Shown here: piece after piece, positions 25,553 to 33,785 of the stretch
Numbering within the stretch: position 1 is the first letter of the stretch
Layout: each line of letters starts with the position of its first letter
Source of the DNA: Eubacteriales bacterium
GTDB lineage: Bacteria; Bacillota; Clostridia; Oscillospirales; CAG-272
Direction of reading: 5' to 3'
DNA length: 64,000 nucleotides
Assembly: GCA_048526005.1 (NCBI GenBank)
Contig: DBFVEH010000021.1
Location: forward strand, 126,362 to 190,361
Made by a program: the position numbers and the translations under genes
The notes under the pieces: generated by a model
The model's database searches: none
What the model saw: only the letters and a program-made list of their open reading frames with translations
What the model was told of the DNA's origin: nothing

Positions 25553-25828
25553 TTACTGTTGTTTCATTTCAGCATAGCAGTCGCTGCAATAAACAGGTCT
25601 GTCGTTGCTGGGCTGGAAAGGAACCTTCGCTTCTTTTCCGCATCTTGCGCATGTGGTCGTGAAGAGCTCACGGGCGGGCTTGGACGCATTTTTCTTTGCG
25701 TCGCGGCAGGCCTTGCATCTCTGAGGCTCGTTCTGGAAGCCCTTTTCAGCATAGAATTCCTGTTCTCCGGCTGTGAAAACGAATTCCGCTCCGCAATCCT
25801 TGCATACCAATGTCTTGTCCTGATACAT
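25553..25828 (-). CDS. Zinc-ribbon domain protein (four CxxC pairs)
   Basis: CKDCG..CKACRD..CARCG..CSDCY; 91 aa. I recall it as a widely conserved small clostridial protein. Confidence 0.7.
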   Translation of the reverse strand: MYQDKTLVCKDCGAEFVFTAGEQEFYAEKGFQNEPQRCKACRDAKKNASKPARELFTTTCARCGKEAKVPFQPSNDRPVYCSDCYAEMKQQ

Positions 25829-25997
25829 GTGTGTTACCTCGCTTTGAATAAATGGTTTTAATTTCGCCCTAAGCCGGATTCAGACCGACACCTTTGAAAA
25901 CAACGCTCTTTGATTAAGCTATTTGGGCATGAACAAAACAAACTTAACGGATTAAATTTGCTTTTTATATAAATCCCCGCAGGGAAATATAACGGGT

Positions 25998-26606
25998 TTA
26001 TGATAAAAGTTTCCGCAGCTTTGCTTTGATTCTGTGAATAGCGTTGTCAATAGATTTTTTCGGCTTGGACAGCGTTACCGCCATATCCGTGTAGGACATA
26101 TTGCCGAGGTAAAGGGCAAATACGGATTTTTCAAAATCCGTGAGCATTCCGTCGATTCTGCGATTCAGACTGCAAAGGGACTCTTTATTTAGGATAAGCT
26201 GTTCCGGCGTTACGGTATCGAGCTCCTCCGGATCGGCATCCATATTGTCAAGGGATTCTGAGCTTTTATTTTCATGAAAATATCGGATATAAGAAAGGAT
26301 TCTATTGCGCAGGCAGACCTTTGCATATGCGCCGAACGTGATGTTTTTGGACGGCTCATATGCTATGGCGGCATTGTATAACGCGATGGCTGCCTCCTGC
26401 TTGATGTCGTCGTATTCGGTCTCGGCAAGAGAAAAACGCTTACAATATGCTTTTGCCGTGCTTTCAATCAGCGGTGTATAAAGCCGATACATCGCATCAA
26501 AGGAAAGAGATTTTCCGTTTTTGACATCCTCCAGCAGACGATCGATATCTTGACTCACTGGATCACAACTTTCAAAAATATAATGCTGATTCTTATACGA
26601 GTCCAT
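25998..26606 (-). CDS. Sigma-70 family RNA polymerase sigma factor (small, group 3/4-like), orphan
   Basis: Region 2 DDIKQEAAIALYNAAIAYEPSKNITFGAYAKVCLRNRILSYIR. Region 4 HTH MSYTDMAVTLSKPKKSIDNAIHRIKAKL. Start uncertain: ATG 26606 has no SD and overlaps a TATAAT; the alternative is Met39 at 26492. Confidence 0.7.
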   Translation of the reverse strand: MDSYKNQHYIFESCDPVSQDIDRLLEDVKNGKSLSFDAMYRLYTPLIESTAKAYCKRFSLAETEYDDIKQEAAIALYNAAIAYEPSKNITFGAYAKVCLRNRILSYIRYFHENKSSESLDNMDADPEELDTVTPEQLILNKESLCSLNRRIDGMLTDFEKSVFALYLGNMSYTDMAVTLSKPKKSIDNAIHRIKAKLRKLLS

Positions 26607-26712
26607 TATACCATAAAATTGCAATCTGTCAAGTAAAAAAAGCAAGAAAGTTCATATAAATTACGAAAATTTCAATACATTCAAGGTGATTTTACAGCAA
26701 TTTATCCGAAAA

Positions 26713-28962
26713 TTATACAGCTTTCTTCTTTTTACGGCCGAAGAAGGTAAGTCTCAATGCGTTGCAGACCACAAACAGCGAGCTGACGCTCATTGCGGCG
26801 GCGGCGATCATGGGATTGAGCAGAAGCCCAAAAGCCGGATATAACACGCCTGCCGCGACGGGGATCCCGAGCACATTGTAGAAAAATGCCCAAAAAAGAT
26901 TTTCCTTGATGTTTTTCATGACGGCGCGGGAAAGCTCTATGGCGTCCGCGACGGAGGACAGGCGCCCGCCGACGAGCACACAGTCGGCCGTTTCCTTGGC
27001 GATCTCCGTGCCGGCGCCGATGGCGATCGAGGTGCTGGCAAGGGCGAGAGCCGGTGCGTCGTTGATGCCGTCTCCGACCATGACGGTGACATGCTCTACG
27101 GAAAGCTCGCGGATTTCGCGCTCCTTGCCGGTAGGGAGAAGTCCCGCGCGGATTTCCTCGATCCCCGTTTCCTTGGCGACGGTCTGCGCCGCGGATTCGC
27201 TGTCGCCGGTGAGCATCATGACCTTGCAGCCCAAAGCTTTCAGTCGGCTTATCGCCTCGCGGCTGTCCGGCTTGATTTTGTCCGCGGCAAAGATCACGCC
27301 GATGGTCCTTCCGTCATAGGCGACGGCGATCGCCGTTTCTCCTGTGTCCTTGTGCGATAAAATGATCTGCTCCGCTTCCGCCGCGTCGATCCCGTTTTCC
27401 GTAAGGAAATCTGTCTTTCCGACGTATGCCGGCTTGCCGTCGATGCTGCCGGAGATCCCGCGTCCGGCGAACGATTTGAAATCATCGACCGCGGCGGGGG
27501 AGATGTCCAGCTCCTCGGCTTTGGCGATCACCGCGCCGGAGAGCGGATGCTCGGAGCTTTTTTCGAGACCTGCCGCGATGGAAAAGAGCGTTTTTTCATC
27601 GGCGCCTGTCGCCGCAAAATCGGATACGGAGGGCGTTCCATCCGTGATCGTGCCGGTTTTGTCGAGCAGGACATATTCCGCACGGCCGAGCGTTTCCAGT
27701 GCCTCGCCGGTTTTGATCAGCACGCCGAGGGACGCGCCTCGGCCGGTTCCGACCGTGATGGCGACGGGCGTCGCGAGTCCGAGCGCACACGGGCAGGAGA
27801 TGACGAGAACGGATACCGCGCAGCGGATCGCATGCTCGGTGCTGTCGCCGAAAATGAGCCAAACCGCCAGCGTGATTAGGGAAAGACCGATGACAATCGG
27901 GACAAAGATGCCCGATATTTTGTCGGCGAGCCGTGCGACCGGAGCCTTGGTGGCGCCGGCGTCGGAAACGAGCCTTACGATTTGAGAAAGCGTCGTGTCT
28001 TCGCCGACCTTTTCAGCCCGGACATGCAGGACGCCGCCGGTTACGATCGAGCCGCTGATGATGGAATCACCGGCAGATTTGAGCACGGGAATGCTCTCGC
28101 CCGTAAGAGAGGATTCGTCCACAGACGCTTCTCCGTAGACGATTTCCGCATCGACGGGGGCGGTGCCGCCCGGCCGGATGACGACGATGTCGCCGACCTT
28201 GATTTCGGCGGTCGGGATCGTTTTTTCTTCGCCGTTTTCGAGAATGACCGATTCGGCGGGGGCAAGCTCCATGAGCATTTTGACGGCACCGGTCGTCTTT
28301 CTTCTGGCACGCGCCTCAAGCGACTTGCCGACGGTGATAAGGGTGGGGATCATCGCCGCGGATTCAAAATACAGATTTTCCATATAGGCGTGCGCGGCCT
28401 CGGGATCGGTATCGATGTTGAGAACGATGAGAACAAAGGTGGCAAGTCCGTAAAGGAAGGAGGCGCCGGCTCCGATGGAGATGAGCGTGTCCATATTGGG
28501 AGCGCGTCGGATGATCGCGGCGACGCCTCCGGTAAAATATTTCCGGTTGATGATCATGACCGCAGCCGCCAGCACCATCTGGATGCCCGCCGAAATCACG
28601 ATGCCGCGTCCCGAAAGGAAAGCGGGCATGGGAATCCCAAGCATGTGTCCCATCGAAAAATACATGAGGATCACCGTGAGCAGGATCGAGCTTATCAGCC
28701 GGGCGGCGGTGTATTCGCTTTTCGGCTCTTCATAGGTGAGCGGCCGGTTTTCCATCACCTTTGTGGGATAACCGGCGGCGGTGACGGCCTCGCATATCTT
28801 TTCTTCATTCAAAGCGTCTTCCTCATAGGAGACGCTCATCTCGCCTGCAAGCAGGCTGACGGAGACCTCCTCCACGCCGGAAAGCGCCCGCACACAGCGT
28901 TCTACTGCGGCGGAGCATGCGGAACATGCCATATCGGAAACCTTGAATCTTTTTTTTGTCAT
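26713..28962 (-). CDS. copA: Copper-exporting P1B-type ATPase
   Basis: N-terminal MACSACS metal-binding domain, SCPCALGLATP, DKTGTIT, GDGINDAPAL, YN and MSVSS Cu(I) signature residues. Confidence 0.9.
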   Translation of the reverse strand: MTKKRFKVSDMACSACSAAVERCVRALSGVEEVSVSLLAGEMSVSYEEDALNEEKICEAVTAAGYPTKVMENRPLTYEEPKSEYTAARLISSILLTVILMYFSMGHMLGIPMPAFLSGRGIVISAGIQMVLAAAVMIINRKYFTGGVAAIIRRAPNMDTLISIGAGASFLYGLATFVLIVLNIDTDPEAAHAYMENLYFESAAMIPTLITVGKSLEARARRKTTGAVKMLMELAPAESVILENGEEKTIPTAEIKVGDIVVIRPGGTAPVDAEIVYGEASVDESSLTGESIPVLKSAGDSIISGSIVTGGVLHVRAEKVGEDTTLSQIVRLVSDAGATKAPVARLADKISGIFVPIVIGLSLITLAVWLIFGDSTEHAIRCAVSVLVISCPCALGLATPVAITVGTGRGASLGVLIKTGEALETLGRAEYVLLDKTGTITDGTPSVSDFAATGADEKTLFSIAAGLEKSSEHPLSGAVIAKAEELDISPAAVDDFKSFAGRGISGSIDGKPAYVGKTDFLTENGIDAAEAEQIILSHKDTGETAIAVAYDGRTIGVIFAADKIKPDSREAISRLKALGCKVMMLTGDSESAAQTVAKETGIEEIRAGLLPTGKEREIRELSVEHVTVMVGDGINDAPALALASTSIAIGAGTEIAKETADCVLVGGRLSSVADAIELSRAVMKNIKENLFWAFFYNVLGIPVAAGVLYPAFGLLLNPMIAAAAMSVSSLFVVCNALRLTFFGRKKKKAV

Positions 28963-28989
28963 AGATTTGACTGTCCTTTCCGTTCCCGT

Positions 28990-29205
28990 TCAGACGGATT
29001 GCGCCGACGCGGGAAAGCCTGCCGCTGTGACGGCTTCCGCGATTGTCTCCGCTGTGACGGCGTTTTCGTCGAATTCCACAGTGAGCGTGCCCGCCGAGAG
29101 ATCGACATCCGCTTTTTTGACGCCGGCAAGCGAGGACGCTTTCGTGCTTACCTTGGAAGCGCAGTGCTTGCAGGCCATTCCCGTTACTTTGAAGGTCTTT
29201 TTCAT
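28990..29205 (-). CDS. copZ: Copper chaperone CopZ (HMA domain)
   Basis: FKVTGMACKHCASKV; 71 aa; directly upstream of copA. Confidence 0.85.
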   Translation of the reverse strand: MKKTFKVTGMACKHCASKVSTKASSLAGVKKADVDLSAGTLTVEFDENAVTAETIAEAVTAAGFPASAQSV

Positions 29206-29311
29206 ATGAACTCCGTTCTGCCGCCGGAAGCGGCGTTTTTTTGATAAATATTAGGGAGAAAAGTATTATTATCCTACCAATTCAATAGTATATCATTCAT
29301 GGTAAAAAAAG

Positions 29312-31096
29312 TCAACCTATAAATGCAAATATTCTGAAAGCGGTGTAAATGACAAAAGAAACGAAAAAAGCAAAGGCGAGGCAGCGCAGAAGAACATAAA
29401 TCGTTTTTCTCATTCCGAGCTCCTTCCGGATTGCGGAAAGCGTCGCCGCACAGGGCGTATACAGAAGGGAAAAGGCTGCGAGCGATGCGGCTCCTGCGGG
29501 AGACAGCACCGCGGCAAGTCCTTCCGGTATCAGGATTTCGATTGTCGATACGATCGATTCCTTGGCAAAAAAGCCCGCGGCAAGCGCGGATACGATTCGG
29601 CCGTCTCCAAGCCCGATGAGGGAAAAGAGCGGAGAGAAAAGTCTGCCGAATGCGGCGAGTATGCTGTCGATGCCGTTTTCGGTGGGGATAAAGCCGGGGG
29701 AAACGGCGCTTAAAATATAGACTACGACGCAGGAAAGAAAGACGATCGTGCCGGCGCGGACGACAAAATCACGCAGCTTGCCTCCGACCTCCCGCATGAG
29801 ATTGTTCATTCTCGGCAGACGGTATTTCGGAAGCTCAATGGTGAGCGGCGGCGCAGGCTTTCCCGCTTTCGATTTGGTGTGGATCAGCGCGGAGAGAGCG
29901 GCGGCCGCGATGCCGAGCGAATAGATGAGAAATGCCGCGAGCGCCGCATGCTTTTCAAAGAATGCGGAAATAATCATGATGAAAACGGGAAAACGGGCGC
30001 TGCACGGAATGAACGGCAGGGAATAGACGGCGGTTTCCTTTTCCTCCGGCGCAAGCGTCGCGGTGGACATCACGGCGGGAACCGTGCAGCCGAAGCCGAC
30101 AAGCATCGGAATGAAAGCTTTTCCCGAAAGCCCGAAGGGACGCAGGGTGCTGTCCATGACGAAAGCGGCGCGCGCCATATAGCCGGAGTCCTCCAAGAGT
30201 GCCAGCAGCATAAAAAGAATGGCTGTCTGCGGCATGAAGGAGAGGACGGAGGCAACGCCGGAAAAGATGCCGTCCAAGACGAATCTGCGGATTCCCTCCG
30301 ATACGCCGAGCCTTGTGAGAAGCTGGTGCAGTTCGTTCCCAAGGATAGAAAAGGCATCCTCCAGCCGATCGGTGAGATAGCTTCCGACGCTTGAAAAGGT
30401 GAGAAGAAAAATCAAAAAAACAACCGCAAAAAAGAGGGGAATGCCCACATACGGGCGGCATATGATTTGATCGATTCGATCGGTGAGAGAGCGTTTTTCG
30501 CTTCCGCGCCGAACTGTTTTTTCCGTGATCTGCTTGATGATTCTGAAGGCTTCCTTGCTGTCCGTCCCGCAGCCGAAGGGGCGTGCCGGCTCCGGCGGCG
30601 CTTCGCATATGCCGGAGATGAGTTCGCGGATTCCGGCACCCCGCGCGGCGGAGATGGGAAAGACCGGAATGCCGAGCGCCTCGGCAAGCGCGGGAATGTC
30701 GATTCGGATTTTTTCTTTTTCCGCTTCGTCCATCATGTTCAGCGCCAGCACGACGCGGACGCCCGCTTCGATCAGTTGGAGCGTCAGATAAAGGCTGCGG
30801 TCGAGATTGGTCGCGTCCGCAATGTCGATGACGACATCATAATTTCCGCTTTTTATGTATCGCTCGGCTACCTTTTCCTCATTCCCATAGGGCGAGAGGG
30901 AATAGCAGCCCGGCAGGTCTACGATATCGGCGTCTGCCTCTCCGAATCTCCGCATTTTTGCTTTTTTGGGTTCAAACGTCACGCCCGCTCGGTTTCCGAC
31001 GGCCTCCCCGCTTTTCGTCAGCAGGTTGAAAAGCGTGGTTTTGCCGCAGTTCGGGTTGCCGGCGAGCGCGATGGTGATTTTTTCGTGCTTTCTCAT
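29312..31096 (-). CDS. feoB: Ferrous iron transporter FeoB
   Basis: ORF trimmed to MRKHEKITIALAGNPNCGKTTLFNLLT (G1 motif). Large polytopic C-terminal domain. Confidence 0.9.
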   Translation of the reverse strand: MRKHEKITIALAGNPNCGKTTLFNLLTKSGEAVGNRAGVTFEPKKAKMRRFGEADADIVDLPGCYSLSPYGNEEKVAERYIKSGNYDVVIDIADATNLDRSLYLTLQLIEAGVRVVLALNMMDEAEKEKIRIDIPALAEALGIPVFPISAARGAGIRELISGICEAPPEPARPFGCGTDSKEAFRIIKQITEKTVRRGSEKRSLTDRIDQIICRPYVGIPLFFAVVFLIFLLTFSSVGSYLTDRLEDAFSILGNELHQLLTRLGVSEGIRRFVLDGIFSGVASVLSFMPQTAILFMLLALLEDSGYMARAAFVMDSTLRPFGLSGKAFIPMLVGFGCTVPAVMSTATLAPEEKETAVYSLPFIPCSARFPVFIMIISAFFEKHAALAAFLIYSLGIAAAALSALIHTKSKAGKPAPPLTIELPKYRLPRMNNLMREVGGKLRDFVVRAGTIVFLSCVVVYILSAVSPGFIPTENGIDSILAAFGRLFSPLFSLIGLGDGRIVSALAAGFFAKESIVSTIEILIPEGLAAVLSPAGAASLAAFSLLYTPCAATLSAIRKELGMRKTIYVLLRCLAFAFFVSFVIYTAFRIFAFIG

Positions 31097-31177
31097 TCTG
31101 ATATCTCCGTATCCGTTTGATGGAATCGCTTTTATTCCAAACGTATACGGAAAAGCGGACAAATATGACCTTTCGGC

Positions 31178-31396
31178 TTATATTTTTTCCGCCGAAATTT
31201 CGGCCGCCGCTTTCGCCGACAGCGCAAGCTTTGTCATGCCGGCGGTGAGGATCACCTTTTTGCCGCTGATGAGAAAAATCCGGATATCCGCGCCCTCAAA
31301 TATGCCGAAGGACTCATAAAGACGGCGTCTGTCCGGCATGGCTTGGATGGCGGAAACGCGCAGCATATCTCCTTCGGAGAATTCGTATAGCTTCAT
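31178..31396 (-). CDS. feoA: FeoA family iron transport protein
   Basis: 72-aa SH3-like protein (LRVSAI..RLYESFGIFEGADIRI) upstream of feoB. Confidence 0.8.
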   Translation of the reverse strand: MKLYEFSEGDMLRVSAIQAMPDRRRLYESFGIFEGADIRIFLISGKKVILTAGMTKLALSAKAAAEISAEKI

Positions 31397-31466
31397 GCAG
31401 CTTAGCTCCTCTTGGCAAATATTTTAAAGATAAGGAGAAAATCATGATAAAAATATCAAAAAAATC

Positions 31467-31495
31467 TTGACAAACTAAATTTGTGTGGTTATACT
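31467..31495 (+). promoter_or_regulatory. Sigma-A-type promoter upstream of tRNA-Gln
   Basis: TTGACA (31467-31472), 17 nt spacer, TATACT (31490-31495). Confidence 0.45.
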
Positions 31496-31514
31496 ATTAT
31501 ACGTTCCGGCACGG

Positions 31515-31543
31515 ATCCTGCCAATGCTTGCAGGATGTTTTTT
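31515..31543 (+). terminator. Terminator-like hairpin plus T6 between the promoter and tRNA-Gln
   Basis: atcctgc-caatgctt-gcaggat, then gTTTTTT. Confidence 0.4.
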
Positions 31544-31558
31544 GCCGGATAGGAACGA

Positions 31559-31634
31559 TGCGGCATCGCCAAGCGGTAAGGCAACGGACTCTGACTCCGT
31601 CATTACCTAGGTTCGAATCCTAGTGCCGCAGCCA
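31559..31634 (+). tRNA. tRNA-Gln (anticodon CTG)
   Basis: Cloverleaf folded by hand. Acceptor tgcggca/tgccgca (U1-A72, typical of Gln), anticodon stem acgga/tccgt with loop ctCTGac, T-arm ctagg-ttcgaat-cctag, encoded CCA. Confidence 0.9.
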
Positions 31635-31663
31635 TGGCGTCTATACCAAAAAGAGGCCATCCG

Positions 31664-31691
31664 AAAAACGCAGGATTTCCTGCGTTTTTTT
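31664..31691 (+). terminator. Intrinsic terminator after tRNA-Gln
   Basis: aaacgcagg-attt-cctgcgt followed by TTTTTTT. Confidence 0.6.
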
Positions 31692-32107
31692 ATTGTCCCG
31701 AAAAACCGATGTAAAGCGATTGATGGATATATAAAAATGCTCGATTTTTTGAGATGGGAGCAGCTGTATCTTTTTTTCCGAACGGCTGGTCATCGTCTCC
31801 ATATCTTTTTTGAGAGCCAAGCATTATAAGCTGTGTTTATTATGGAAGAGCCGTCCGGGCGTTGTCACCATCCCTATTTGACCGGACACCGCGCGGTCGC
31901 AGCATTGCAAAAATCGATGCCATGCGGTGATGATTCTAAAAAAGCTGGGAAGGCACGAAAAACCGAAATGCGGATTTCTTCCTAACACATCGCTTGCGGT
32001 CAAATGTTCTTGAAAATGCGGTGAGCTGCTGGTTGCTAACCGGCGCTCTCGGCTCGTTTAAGCTTTCCTGTCCTGCTGAAGGCTTACTGAAAAGGCGATC
32101 GCCGGCC

Positions 32108-32136
32108 TTGACAAGGAGACGGCTTTGTGGTAATAT
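32108..32136 (+). promoter_or_regulatory. Sigma-A-type promoter of coaX
   Basis: TTGACA (32108-32113), 17 nt spacer, TAATAT (32131-32136). Confidence 0.45.
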
Positions 32137-32173
32137 ATCAAAATGAAAATCTTTGCGCGAAAGGAAGAAGCGT

Positions 32174-32947
32174 ATGCTGCTTGCGGTGGATATCGGGAAT
32201 TCCAGTATCGATCTCGGTGTTTTTGACGAAAGCGGGAGCTTGCTGACGAAAAGCAAGATGTCCGCAGTTAGGACAAAATGCACCGACGAATATGCCGTCA
32301 TTCTAAGCGGCATTCTGACGCTTCACGGCATCGGAACGGATCGGATCACGGAGGGGATCATATCCTCTGTGGTCCCTCCCTTGACAGCCGCGGTTTCCTC
32401 TGCGATCGAAAAGCTCTTTGGATTTGTTCCGATCGAAGTGGGCCCCGGGATTAAAACCGGTCTCAACATCCGGATTGACAGCCAAGCTCAGCTGGGCGCG
32501 GATCTTGTCGCCAATTCCGTTGCGGCAATCGCTCAGTATCCGCTTCCGCTCGTCGTCGTCGATATCGGGACGGCGACGACCTTTACCGCCATCAACCGTG
32601 AGGGCGTGCTGGAGGGCGTGATCATTTGTCCGGGGATCAGGATGTCTCTTGACGCGCTTGCTTGTGCAGCCTCCGAGCTTCCCGACGTTTCGATTTCCTT
32701 GCCGAAGCGGTTTATTGCGAAAAATACGAACGATTCCATGAATGTAGGCGTGATATACGGACACGCATTCATGATCGACGGTTTTATCGACAGGCTGGAC
32801 AGGGAACTGAAGGGGGATTCACTTTCCGTCGTGGTGACAGGGGGACTTGCCGATACGGTTTTGCCATTCTGTTCCCACAAGATGGAATATGTGCCGGAGC
32901 TCACGCTGTCCGGTCTTAGGCTTTTGTATCTCAAAAACAAGAAATGA
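32174..32947 (+). CDS. coaX: Type III pantothenate kinase
   Basis: ORF trimmed to MLLAVDIGNSSIDLGVF after AAAGGAAG. ..VVVDIGTATTF..; about 257 aa. Confidence 0.85.
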   Translation: MLLAVDIGNSSIDLGVFDESGSLLTKSKMSAVRTKCTDEYAVILSGILTLHGIGTDRITEGIISSVVPPLTAAVSSAIEKLFGFVPIEVGPGIKTGLNIRIDSQAQLGADLVANSVAAIAQYPLPLVVVDIGTATTFTAINREGVLEGVIICPGIRMSLDALACAASELPDVSISLPKRFIAKNTNDSMNVGVIYGHAFMIDGFIDRLDRELKGDSLSVVVTGGLADTVLPFCSHKMEYVPELTLSGLRLLYLKNKK

Positions 32948-33031
32948 CGGCTGGCGTCCGTGACGCCGCTTTCATAATAAATTTAAGCGTTGCACCCTTC
33001 ATAAAGGGGCGACAGCGGAAAGAGAGTTTTT

Positions 33032-33652
33032 ATGCGAACCATTTCAAAGTCCCAGATCCTTAAGATGGTACAGATGGCCATACTTATCGCGATCATGCTT
33101 ATCTTGGCGTTCACCCCGCTTGGATATCTGAAATTCGGCCTCATTGAGATCACGCTGATGGTGATCCCGGTGGCGGTCGGCGCGATCGTTTTGGGACCCC
33201 TTTGCGGCGCGATCCTCGGCGGCGTTTTCGGAATCACAAGCTTTATTCAGTGCTTTGGCTTTTCCGCTTTCGGCGCGTTTGTGCTGGGCATCAACCCGTG
33301 GCTGACGTTTATCACCTGCCTTGTCCCGCGGATCCTTTGCGGCTGGCTGTCCGGTCTCATCTTTCAGGCGCTCAAAAAGATCGATAAGACGAAGATTGTT
33401 TCTTATGTGGTCGCCAGTCTTTCCACGGCGCTTCTCAATACGATTTTCTTTGTGGGCTGTGTCGTTCTTTTCTTTTGGAACAACGACAGTTTTCTTACAG
33501 GAATGGCGGAATCGGGTATGCCGTTGGATTCGCTGTGGGCGTTCCTTGTGGCGTTTGTCGGACTGAACGGTCTTGTCGAGGCGATCGTGAATTTCATTGT
33601 CGGCGCCGGAATCGCAAAGGTTGTCGACCGGTATGTTCATAAAGTAAAATAA
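33032..33652 (+). CDS. ECF transporter S component (substrate-binding; pantothenate-specific PanT is a guess from context)
   Basis: 206 aa, about 6 TM segments. The N-terminal ILKMVQMAILIAIMLILAFTPLGYL pattern is typical of ECF S units. Adjacent to coaX. Confidence 0.7.
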   Translation: MRTISKSQILKMVQMAILIAIMLILAFTPLGYLKFGLIEITLMVIPVAVGAIVLGPLCGAILGGVFGITSFIQCFGFSAFGAFVLGINPWLTFITCLVPRILCGWLSGLIFQALKKIDKTKIVSYVVASLSTALLNTIFFVGCVVLFFWNNDSFLTGMAESGMPLDSLWAFLVAFVGLNGLVEAIVNFIVGAGIAKVVDRYVHKVK

Positions 33653-33665
33653 TAGACTTCCATAG

Positions 33666-33698
33666 AAAAAGCCCATTGCGTCCGCAATGGGCTTTTTC
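33666..33698 (+). terminator. Intrinsic terminator
   Basis: gcccattgcg..cgcaatgggc followed by TTTTT. Confidence 0.6.
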
Positions 33699-33785
33699 CT
33701 GTGCGCTTAGATGCTTCTGCCGGTTATAAAACGGGACATTCCCGAATAGATTTAATCAGTGATAAATCGATTCGGAGGAGAATAT

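Noticed and set aside
29206-29311. Possible CsoR/CopY operator (TACCA..N20..TGGTA) upstream of copZ.
   Set aside because: The inverted repeat is short and imperfect. It does not match the CopY box (TACAnnTGTA) or the GC-rich CsoR pattern I recall, and no cognate repressor gene is adjacent.
31435-31457. Fur-box-like palindrome (aaaATCATGATaaaa) upstream of feoAB.
   Set aside because: Only the 8-bp core ATCATGAT is symmetric. The match to the 19-bp Fur consensus (GATAATGATAATCATTATC) or the 7-1-7 motif is partial. AT-rich promoter DNA gives such matches by chance, and this cannot be supported without a genome-wide motif model.
31623-31829. 68-aa + strand ORF starting inside tRNA-Gln, and the 125-aa minus ORF at 31936-32313.
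   Set aside because: They overlap the tRNA/terminator or the coaX start. They have no SD and no recognisable sequence, and are most likely non-coding.
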